Below are positions 52,630 to 64,000 of a stretch of 64,000 bases of DNA, piece by piece. Origin of the DNA: Octopus sinensis (lineage: Eukaryota); NCBI RefSeq assembly GCF_006345805.1, contig NC_043001.1:71548001-71612000 (forward strand). The letters are read 5' to 3'. Each line of letters opens with the position of its first letter. Positions within the stretch are counted from its first letter, which is position 1. The position numbers and the translations under genes are program-made. The notes under the pieces were generated by a model. That model saw nothing but the letters and a program-made list of their open reading frames with translations, did not search any database and was not told the origin of the DNA.

Positions 52630-54630
52630 TTCATAACAGATAGTGCAACACATGAACGATACATCTTCCATTGAAGAAGTAAATCTAGCAATATGTAAAC
52701 TGAGATCAGGTAAAGCTCCGGGATTGGATGGTATTCCAATTGAAATTCTGAAAGCAAGTGGGGATCATATTCCATCTGAAATTCATAGCCTGATAACTTG
52801 AGTTTGGAACGAATCTTCTGTGCCACAAGAATGGATAAATGGCATTCTAATCTTTGTATTCAAGGGTAAGGGCCCAAAAACAGCGTGTGGTAGTTCTAGA
52901 GGGGATAACTTTCTTGGCACATATCGGGAAGATACTTTCAAGGATCATGATTGATCGTCTCTTTGAGAATGTGTGTCCTCATGTGATTCCTGAAGAACAG
53001 TGTGGTTTCAGACCTGAGCGAGGATCAATGGACATGATAATTTCTGCGAGGCAGGTTCAGGAGAAATGCTTAAATGAACAAAGATTTAAATGAACATAGA
53101 TTTCACTAATGCATTTGACATGGTAAACAGGGAGGCACTGAGGATTGTTTTGTGTAAACTTGGTTTCCCAACACATTTTGTGATAATCTTTAAGGAACCA
53201 CACAGAAATATGAAAGCTAAGGTAGTCTTTAATAGTGAGTTCTCATAACTTTTTGGTGGACAACGGTATCAAACAGGGAGATATTCCTGCCCTACACATT
53301 TCTCTATTTATTTTGCTGCATTGCTTTGGTATGCTTTCAAGATTGCAACAGGAGAATCGGAATCAGATTGCGGACATCTGGCCGCATTTGTAATCTAACC
53401 CGGTTTAACTGCAAAGCAAAAACTTTCAAAACACTTGTTAGAGAATTACTGCTGATGACGCTGATTTGCTGACATACTCAGAGGATATGCAAACATATAA
53501 TGGATAGCTTTTCCACTGTATGTACATTTCGGACTCACAATTAGTCTTGAGAAGAACAAAGTAATGTTTATTCACGCGCCAGGATAAACATATTCCAAAA
53601 CAAAGATTTTTGCGAATGGCACAAGGTTAGAAGTTATTGACACCTTTGTTTATCTTAAAAATACACTGTCAAGAGATGGTGGTCTTGATGCAGAGATATA
53701 CTATGGAATAGGGAAAGGAAATGTTGCATTTGGAAAGCTCGGAAAGCGAGTGTGAGCGGAAAGAGGTATTTCCCTCCAGACAAAAATCAGTCTATAAAAC
53801 GTGTGTATTGACTGCACTTCTTTATTCGAGTGAGACGTGGACCATTTACAGGCGTCATATTAAAATGCTGGAGAGATTTCATCAAAAGTGCCTCAGACGT
53901 ATCTTGGGAGTCAAGTGGGAATGTTTTGCGCATGGCACATCGTAACTCAATTGAACATGTTATCTTAGCTCAAATGAGATGTGCTGGACATGTTATTAGA
54001 ATGAAATATGAGCGATTGCCAAAGCGTCATTTTCATAGTGAGTTCAACTCTGGTAAGTGACCTAACATAAGCTGAGAAATAGGTATAAACACTGTGAGAA
54101 GGAAAACCTGAAGAAACTAGACATGAGCAAAAGTGATTCGGAAATTGATGTTCTGGGTCGGAACAATTAGAGAGGTGCGGTTAGGACTGATTGCAATGCC
54201 TGGGAGAGCCTATTGCAAAGGAACAATTGGGACTAAAATCAACAGTGAACATTGGATATGTACCATGTGGTCGTGTTTTATCGTCAAAAGCAGGATACGT
54301 GACTCATATGAAGTCACATGAAACTCGAAATACCAAGGTAGGTAATAATCTTGTACACCAACCGCCTCTTACGACTTGTGTCATATGTCACAAAACGTAT
54401 CTGGACTTAAAAGACATGTTAATTCACAAAAACATTCCTTCAGAATCAGAATCCAAAGGGCAAACATACAGAAGAAACTTGAATATCTGTCACTTGTGTT
54501 TTAAACCCTGTCAGTCAGCAGCTGGTCTTAAAAGTCATGTGAGGGATATTCAAGGAATGATTGGGCTGTGTAATGAGGTGTGGTGTGTATGTTAATGGGG
54601 CGGCTATTATCTGTCAAGATGAAGCAATCA
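52630..54630 (+). mobile_element. RTE-clade LINE, decayed RT with three C-terminal C2H2-like fingers
   Basis: KAPGLDGIP, RGIT.LAHIGKILSRIM, PEEQCGFRP.R, ADDA, LLYSSETWT; finger remnants at 54250-54540. Confidence 0.9.
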
Positions 54631-55042
54631 CCGTCTATGTATGCATTATGTATGTATCTATTACGTATTATGTATCTACTACGTACTACGTATGTATGTA
54701 CGACGTTTCATGTTTCGTTCTGTTGTGATTATCGTTTGCTACCATATTATAACTTAAGGACCCAGAAATGCATATTTCTTTCTGCTACTATATACCTTAA
54801 GTATATTAACAGGCACAACATAAAATCTTGTCGTCACTACATCTTAATAGCATAAACAGGTGTAATGCAGAAATATAAATGATGAATAATTAATTATATA
54901 TTAGTGCTGGATTTACGTGGATAAGTCATTTAGCAATCCAGATATGATTTTCAAGGTGCTAGTGAAGAATTATATACCAATATATAGGAACTAGCAGAAG
55001 TACAGCATACTAGACGGCTAGTAGGCTAGTAATCGTATAGGA

Positions 55043-55108
<66 letters not shown>

Positions 55109-55110
55109 TA

Positions 55111-55431
<321 letters not shown>

Positions 55432-55562
55432 CAGGTAAGCTCACTCACCATCAATTTACCGTGAGAAAAGTTTATCGAAAGGTTAAACACTATTTATTTA
55501 AAGAAAAACGATGAATTAATGACGGTGAACTTACCGGACATGGCACTCCACAACCTAGTATG

Positions 55563-55594
<32 letters not shown>

Positions 55595-55810
55595 CATACA
55601 TACACACACTCATACATACATACATACATACATACATACATACATACATACATACATACATACATTATGGCTGCCCCATTCGTTATCGAGTATGGCCATT
55701 GCACGAAGCTTAACTGTTACTGGTGCTGTGATCGAATGTGACTTTTTAGCCCAGCTAAAGATCTACAATGTCTACATACATACATACATACATACATACA
55801 TACATACATA

Positions 55811-57822
55811 GTTCCAGTGAGCATGGTCAAAGCCATAGCTGACCTGACATCATAGTGGGCCACCATCTTCAAATTAAACACAAAGAGTTACTGTATTATC
55901 ACTAATAGAATACAGTATCCAAAAGGCATATTCTCTCTGTGATGTTTATGCTTTCTGTAAAACCCGTTGTTATTCGTGTTAAGGAAGTCTGAAGAATATC
56001 ATACTGGTTCACAAGGAAACCGAAATACCAAATGTATACACCGTTTCATTGTGGATGATTTAAAACTTTATGAAAAAGCGCCGTGACCTAGTTACAACAT
56101 TCTCAAATGATTTAGGGTTGGAGTTTGGTCAGGATAAATATTGTTATAAGGTTTTGAAAAGGGGAAACCTATAAACTAGACTAGTAGCATCTCCATCAAT
56201 GATTTGACTGCTTCCTCCGTATCTGACGGGGAATATTACAGGTATCTAGGGGTGGATGAAAACATATCTTACTAGTGCACCTGTAACAAAACACGTGTCA
56301 CTAAAGAATATTACAGCCGAATAAAGAAAATTTGGACCTCAGAACTCTTTGCATTCAATAAAATAGTGGCCCGCAATGTGTTTCCAGACCCAGTATTCCA
56401 ACCAACATTTGGGTTGCTTGATTGAACGTTTGATGAGATCCAATCCATTGATGTGAAAACCCGAAAAATACTAACAAGCAGACATAATTTCCACATAAAC
56501 AGTGACGTAGACAACTTCTACCTAACACGAAAACAAAGCGGCAGAGGCTTAATATCGATCTAAAATGTCTTTGAATGAGGCATCATATCCCTTCGTCTTT
56601 TAACCATCAAGGGTCGAAGTGCATCCCTTGATCAAGTTTGCATACATGAGGTTGATAATATCATAAGACTTAGAAGGCAGCTCCTTGAGCAACATTCCTT
56701 GTCTGATACCTAGAATACATGCCCAAAGAAGTCGCACGACTCTACCGCAACGTATCATCAAATGAAAGGATGAGCATATATGAGCAGAAGACAATGCATG
56801 GGTATATTAGTCGAAAGCTCCGAGATTAAAACAACATCGATCATCAAAGCAGTATATCATGAACCAATAACCGAACTACTACCACCCGCTTTGAAGGGTG
56901 TGCATCTGCAATCCAGGAACAGGAAATATCATCCAAGTACCTGATGTACAAAAGGGATACATATGCAGGAAAAGCAGTAAACTGTGACAATTTATGCAGA
57001 CTTTGTGGGGTTCACATTGAAGGTATCACCCACATCATAAGCAGTTGGCCGAATATGTCATCACGGTATTATTTACCGATGAGACATGATGTTGTATTTA
57101 GGATACCCCATAATGAAATACGTCGGAAGGATAATCCCGAGGACAAAGAAATAAGAACCCACAATATGGTAATAGCTATAGCCACTCACAATAAAAAGGA
57201 ATACTGGTGGAATGTTCCAATGAAGTCCTCAATAAAATGTAAGCACATCAGACTTGATATAATGATTTGGGATAGAGAAGAGACACTGCACAGTTGTGGA
57301 AATTAGCTGCCCAGACCATGTTAACATAAAGCTGAAGATCAGTGAAAAAGAGAACTATTGAACAATTTGAAGTTACTCTATGCAGATTACAACTTCAGGT
57401 TCATACCTGTAATTATTGGGGTCCTGAGATATGTAACACGCTGCCTGAAAACCAATCTTGAGAAATTAGGCTTCTCAAAATCAGAAAAGAGAAAGCTAAT
57501 TCGAAGACTACAGATCCAATCCATCATTGGAACTGTAAAATTCTGTAAAACTTTCCAGAAGTTTATCTTTTAGATATATATGAGCATGTATAGATATGCA
57601 ACTATATGTAAGGAAATACATACATAAGGCAAAACATGCAAATCTTTCACACATACATACATCCATACATAAATACATACATACATACATACATACATAC
57701 ACACCCTGTTGTTGATGTTGAAATTCTAATGAAGGAGCCTTGAATTTAGATCAGAAACCGGTTCTTTCTCTATTGACAAGAAATCTTGAAACAAAACCGA
57801 ACGATGACATACATACATACAT
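55811..57822 (+). mobile_element. RLE-type LINE (CATA-associated family), 5'-truncated
   Basis: Starts directly after (TACA)n; MDDLK-like motif, FHINSDVD, CRLCGVHIEG..RHD, FIPVIIG; 3' UTR with internal and terminal (CATA)n. Confidence 0.9.
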
Positions 57823-58147
57823 ATGAATGGGGAAATGAGGAAAGCTTCTAACAATGCAAAGATGAAAGTTTTAAAAATCTTTATATTTTAGGCGCAACGG
57901 CCTGCCGCTATGAGAGAGGTTGCTGTTGGCAGCCACCATCTTGTCAATGTGAACTATAAGGAAATGTACCACGAACGCCATCTCCGACTACTATCACAAC
58001 ACTTACGACCATTGCCAAACACGCTGATGTAGACAACACCAACGTGGACAAATACCACGTCATTTCCCATTAATATGACATCGACTACTAAAATTAACAT
58101 AAACAGCAGGTTGCAAAGTCTTACCAAAAAGGAGAATTATAATTGTG

Positions 58148-58640
58148 ACTAAATATAACTAGGGGTTAAGAAACACCTACATAGCTAGAAATACGGGCTA
58201 AGGCACATGAATGAAAACATACACTAACAGGGACCTGAATCGTTTGAAAAATGTCAATCAAGAATTCTTAATACTGATGTCAGTTTCGGCAATTTCTACT
58301 ACCTCATCAGTTAAGCCCGCTCGATCTCGGCTTTCTTCGGCTTCGTTCTGTATTAGTGTATATGTTTTCTTCATCCAAATAAATGGATGATTTAGCGATT
58401 CGCTAAAGTGTATACATAAGATTAATAAAAGACGACATCGAGCGGGCTTAACTGATGAGATAGCGGAAATTACCAGAACTGAATTTAGTACTAAAAATTC
58501 TCCATCGGCATTTTTAGGACGATTCAGGTTCCTGTTAGTGTATATGTTTTCGTTCATGAGCGTCAACTACAGCATTAGAGCATTTTAGCTCGTATTTCTA
58601 ATAATGTAGGTGTTTTAAGAAACACCTAGTCACATTTAGT
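58148..58640. mobile_element. Outward-facing inverted pair of an HHR-containing repeat with partial tandem spacer
   Basis: 58148-58324 is a diverged reverse complement of 58438-58640; direct repeat ttagtgtatatgttttc at ~58343 and ~58535. Confidence 0.8.
58256..58325 (-). ncRNA. Canonical extended type I hammerhead ribozyme
   Basis: atcgag cggg cttaa CTGATGA ggtag-tagaaa-ttgcc GAAA ctg-acat-cag TA^ ttaag aatt cttgat; predicted cleavage between 58272 and 58271. Confidence 0.88.
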
Positions 58641-58654
58641 AGTATATAAATATA

Positions 58655-59597
58655 CAGGGTGCTGTGAATATATTGTCGTCTAAATTACGCAAAAATGAAA
58701 ATAACGCTGACATTTCATTTTAACATATATATTTAGCAAAATTACTTAAATATATCTTGAAATACTAAAGAGTAAATTAATTCAATAAAATCGCCATTGG
58801 CTTCAACCATGCTCTCCAGACGACTTCAAAATCTTCTGCAACTCTCCTCAACGGTCCCCTTGTTTAAGTTGGTGAATGCTGCCATAATCCTTGGCTTCAG
58901 TTCATCTTTGGTGTTACAAGGAGTGTTCTTAGTCTATCGCTCAACTGCTCCCCACACATAATAATCAAGGGGGTTGCAGTCTGGAGAGATAATTGGCCAG
59001 GTATTAGGGGTCATGTGGTCGCAGAAATTGTCTGATACTTATGATTGGGTTATCCTGCTTCAGTGGCATGGTGCAGAGACCAGTTGCCAGACATAGTGTC
59101 TTCCAGCAGCGACGCTCTTGACCCAGGGCAGCACTTGATGTTGGTCCTTGTTGAGTGTGAGGACGTGTTGGAATGGAGGCATAACGTCGTCATCATTAGT
59201 GATCACTCCAAACACCATGATGTTGACTTGTTTGATTTTTATTGCTCTCGGTACATTTCCTAAGATTGCACTGTCCTCAGATTGACACCCAAACACTCTA
59301 AAACGTTCGTATTGGAGCTTCCGGCGCGAATGACAAGCAGTAGCATGTCATTTCCAAATTTCTGAGTGAATTGCGACGTGGTGTTGGTTTTCTCACCGTG
59401 TGTCCTGTACATATATATTGGCAGCAAGAGTGCGAACCCCTACCATCCTCCGACAGACGACAGAATCGCGAGAGCGATTTGGTTTCGAGCTAGTTTGCTC
59501 ATCCTCAGTTGCAATTACCTGGTCGGGAACACCTCATGTGCTGGAGGATGGTAGTGGTTCGCTCCTCCGAAAGCAATATATATATAGAGGGTGTACA
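58655..59597 (-). mobile_element. DD37D/maT-like Tc1/mariner deletion derivative
   Basis: KQVNIMVFGVIT.DDDVMPP, LPWVK.VAAGRHYVWQ..SAPCH, SPDCNPLDYYVWG; ta|cagggtg terminus; the other end is degenerate. Confidence 0.8.
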
Positions 59598-60194
59598 GTG
59601 CATCTATAACCAGCTGGCGAAAAATCTGCCTGAGGTTAAACTAGTAGTAACTTAGAACGACCATATTAATATGGTGAGTAACTTTACGTACATACACATA
59701 CATCCATATATACAAAATACAAACACACTGACATACATCAATACATATATACATGCATACATATTTACAGACATACATTTACACTTATATACATATAAGG
59801 GGGTACCCCATTATGCCTTCTGTCTAATGACTAAAACAAGTATTACATAAAAGATATATATACATATATACACTTGTCATTCATTAACCATCCTCCGTTT
59901 TTCGTTTAACATCTTTAACTAACTCACTTAAGTGGTTCGCCAATTTGAATTAAATGTGTGCATGATTATGTTTATTCATGATTGCGTTTCCATGTGTGCG
60001 TTTATATATGTGTGTCTGTGTATGTATATATGTATATACAAACACACACTCACACATATTATAGTATGCATGTATGTATGTATGTATGTATGTAGGTATG
60101 TATATATATATATATATGTCCGAATGCAACTCTTAGATACATACATATATGTATATATATGTATATTTACATATGCATGCATATATATATATAA

Positions 60195-60225
<31 letters not shown>

Positions 60226-60298
60226 CATACATACGTATATATACATATATATATACGCATATGTGTGCATACACACGCATACACTTGCACACACAAAC

Positions 60299-60351
<53 letters not shown>

Positions 60352-60789
60352 TAGGCAAGTGAACTATAAATTATTAATGATAAAACTATTAATGTTAAGA
60401 ACTGACTTCATTTTTAATTTACACATGTCAATGAAACAAAGTTTTAAAACAACTTTGGAAATTATATTTGCCACACGTCTGAAACAATTCCTTAGTATTA
60501 CCGTAAACGTTTATAGCAAAGGTTGTTATATTTGTAAAAGCACTATTTTTAAAACTTACGAAATTAAGAGAGATCTTTTGACTATTTTCGGTTGAGAAAT
60601 ATCGATCTAAGATATTACATAAGTAAAAGAAATCGCTGAATCTAAATCCATATTCTTTTTAAAACCAAAAGCGTTTCTATAATGGAAATATTTCAACACT
60701 AGAAGCCATCTCCTATATGCTGACTGTTGTTTTGGTATAATATCGACGCTTGGAATCTCAGTCAAGAATATATATATATATATATATAT

Positions 60790-60885
60790 ATAGTTAATCC
60801 AAACAAGAAAGCACAAAAACACAACAACGCGAGGACGTGGAACAAATATAGTATTATTGGACGCTCAGGAAAGAAGGAAAGCAGG
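60790..60885. repeat. Truncated interspersed repeat, probably related to the 8285 HHR-like family
   Basis: aacacaacaacgcgaggacgtggaacaaatatagtattattggacgctcagg between (TA)n tracts; family link from recall. Confidence 0.35.
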
Positions 60886-60891
60886 ATATAT

Positions 60892-60955
<64 letters not shown>

Positions 60956-60956
<1 letters not shown>

Positions 60957-61344
60957 GAGCAAAACGCGCCCCCGACCAATGGACGGTGCTAAGTTGTCAA
61001 ACATTTAAACCAAATTTTATCAAAACAACTTGTCCGACCGTCCCATAGGCCTCCTCTTCGAGAAACACTGATTTAACCTAAATTTGAGACACCGTGCATT
61101 TTTCTTGCGTACACGTGGTTTCGATCGCAACAGCTGATGTACTTGCGCATACAGATGCACACTCCCACGGCTTTATCGATCGCATTCTCACCTGGAATTG
61201 ATTTTCGTAATTTTTTCAAGATTTATATACGCTCTGATACTGTCGGTATCTACATATCAAATTTGAGCGTAATCGGATGGAGGATGCCCGAGATCCTAGA
61301 AGACACACACACACAGATAGACAGAACGGATTTTATATAATAGA
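60956..61344 (-). mobile_element. Non-autonomous Helitron-like element
   Basis: Minus strand 5' TCTATTATATAAAATCCG, internal (TG)n, GC-rich subterminal hairpin, CTCG|T end (CTAG variant). Confidence 0.6.
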
Positions 61345-61695
61345 TATACGTATGTGTCTGGTGGAAATGTTAAGGGCTTTAAAATGAATAAATTTGTATT
61401 AAAAGACAAGAAGAAAAGCTTTCGTGAAATTTATCATAGGTAAAAACAAGAAAGTATTTATATTTGTATCAGATTATGCTACCGGTTTCAATCACATGAA
61501 AAGACAATTTAATCAAGTTGGAATAAAAGGGAAAATAAATTGAGATGAATTAAATCTATCTTTTATGATACCATTTCTGGAAGTGCGCATGTTTTTCAAA
61601 CAAAAATCACATAGTGTTGGTACTTCGTTTCCTTCTGTCCACCTATCAATTTTCTATCTATACGCGTTTTTACGTGTATATGTGCATGTGTGTGT

Positions 61696-61772
<77 letters not shown>

Positions 61773-62289
61773 TGTGTGTGTGCGTGTGTGTGTACAGACT
61801 GATTGATAGATAGATACAGAGAGACACTTTAATATATGACTTACCAGTAATGATATTAAATTTTTGATGAATGGATATTGAAGTATCATATTTGATCAAT
61901 AAACTATTATTTCATTGATCTTCTGAGAAACATATGTTGTCTAACTCAACACAAAATAACTCCATTACGCTGTCGCATGAAAAATGATCGCTCAATTTCA
62001 GGCTAATTATTTCGCTATTATTTTCACTGACGTTCGTGGTTCACTGCTTCAGATGAAAGAAAAATCTGGAAGAGCAGCCACAAGTCAACGGATAGATGAA
62101 AAATATTCTAGTTCTCAGAAAATTGCTAACGTATGAAATGTTGTTACTCCGAGTTGTTGTTGTACGTCTCATATGCCGATCCTGGTAAAACAGCTCTCTG
62201 ATCAAAGGTAATCCAGCTATAACTATCCTGTCTCTCTGATTAATTTACAAGTGAAAGCGATCTAATAATGTTGTATATGTCGGTTCATT

Positions 62290-62470
62290 ATAGATGTCGG
62301 TAGATTTGCTGAATCAACAGTTTTGTATTTAAGGTACTGTATGTTCAGAGTTCAAATAACGCCCAAATCAACTTTGCTTTTCAGCTTTTTTGTCGATAAA
62401 ATGTAGGATAAATGAAGTACTGGGATCAGTATAATGAATAATACACGTACCCCAAATTTAAAGCTTTATT
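62290..62470 (+). mobile_element. Old SINE (family of 5077)
   Basis: agagttcaaata..caactttgcttttca..gtcgataaaa..tactggg. Confidence 0.5.
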
Positions 62471-64000
62471 CTTGTGTTAAAATATCAATACTTGGACGCT
62501 ATAATGAAATGATTAGAAGAGAGAATAAATATACAGTGTCTCTTTGCTGTTACTGGTTGCTGAGGGAACCCTTACACATTTATAGAATAACTTTCATTTA
62601 GATTATGGATTGTGAATATGTTCTGTGCTTGTGTATTTGCTGATAAGTGTGTTGTATATGTGAGCTTGGTTGTGTGAGCTTGTGTATGAGAGTTTGTCTA
62701 TGTGGGATTGTGTGTGTAGTTTATGTCTGTAAGCTTTTGTGTTTGAGCTTAAATGTGTGAGCTTGTATGTGTGAGCTTCTATTTGTGTGTGTAAGAAAGT
62801 GTGCTTATTTAGGCATCGTTTGTGTGTGTGTTCTAGTGTATGTGTGTGTGTTCAAATGTGTGCATATGTGTAATAGCTACACTGTCCAACATACGCAAAT
62901 AATAATCTATTGTGGATTTTACATGATCTTTAAAGGGAGGTAATTCGTCGTGAGAGTTGAAAATTGTGTATCTCCAAAGACTAATGTTAGTTTTTGTAAG
63001 ATTCTGGCATCTCCAAGAGAAATCATCAGAAATTGGTGAGTCTAACCTTTTCTGTGTACTGTGAGGTCTTTAACTCTGATTTCTTCAAACATATGGAGTA
63101 ATTCAAGAGTGTTTCCTTGGTATGTCCTTGGTATGTATCTTTGCATTTATGTATATCTACATGTGCGAGTATATGTGCCTGAGTGTACATATACACATAT
63201 GTACGAGTGTGTGTTTATGCGCATATATGTGCATGCGTAATCATGCATGCACTAAGTGATGCATAGATTTAAGGGAGATTGTAACCAAGACAAGGTCACG
63301 TTTCCATTAGTGCATACTATTTGGTCATGGCAGAACCGATTTGTAAGGACCTATCTATATTCCACGTGAAGGACATCTATTGGCAGTTGAATTAGGAAGT
63401 TTCATGAGTTGTGGCATTTTCAGAACAATGATCATTACTACTCCCAACTGCAAATCGTTCGTTAATATTCAGAAGTTTTGTGGAGTCATAACTAAACATT
63501 TAGATACATAACTGTTGACAGAATGTAGATCACAGAGACGCTGTTATTGAATGCTGAAATGAAACAGCCTGACAGGAAACAACTTTATAATCTAAGAAAT
63601 GATCTATTTGAATTTCATCTTAGCTACGGGGTTCACAAACATCTGGCTCTATAATAGTATAATTTTACCAACAATTCTCTAAGCCAGTCAGTCACGTAAG
63701 GATACCGTGAAATTTTATTGAAAGCCAATTATGTTCCATTAAAGGTACTTGAGAAGAATTTCTGAGAACGTACTGGCAAAACTGCATATCTAATAGAGAC
63801 ATGACATTCTAAAGAAAGCCAACACAAAACCACTCGACGAAATCTTCACAAAAGGAATAATAAATCTAGTAGGTCACATACTCATGCTATCTGAACAACA
63901 TTTCAAAACAGCTCTCAAATTAATACTACTGGAGACAAAAAGAAAATAGGAAGTCAAAATCTACATGGCACAGGATATTCATAACCGATATGAGAACATT

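Noticed and set aside
62640-62860. GTGAGCTT-containing GT-rich repeats
   Set aside because: Degenerate (GT)n-derived low-complexity tract
62053-63035. Candidate exons 62053-62130 and 63001-63035
   Set aside because: Reasonable splice sites, but low-information peptides with no compatible continuation found

Overview
AT-rich, microsatellite-dense eukaryotic genomic DNA. The tRNA-headed SINE families and (TA)n/(CATA)n/(TAA)n landscape resemble coleoid cephalopod (Octopus-like) genomes; this is an inference from recall, not checked. No complete host gene is visible, only a few candidate exons, and most long ORFs in the track are microsatellite shadows. Recognisable mobile DNA: at least eight 5'-truncated RLE-type (R4/Dong-like) LINE fragments, mostly bordered by (TAA)n or (CATA)n; an RTE LINE with three C-terminal C2H2 fingers; an L1/Tx1 3' end; a near-full-length GC-rich DD34E Tc1; mariner and DD37D/maT relics; non-autonomous Helitrons; a MITE-like element; many SINEs. 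The main finding is a community of hammerhead-ribozyme (HHR) elements: a Penelope-like GIY-YIG fragment with an HHR in its 3' region, plus at least five unrelated non-coding families with type I HHR or HHR-like folds. Four of these show the Penelope-type outward-facing inverted-arm architecture. They include a fully canonical extended HHR (58256-58325, minus), a 363-bp tandem unit whose core carries the compensatory U3-A8 pair, and a tRNA-headed (Pol III box) HHR element inserted with a 13-bp TSD. All folds were derived by eye and none has been tested for cleavage.
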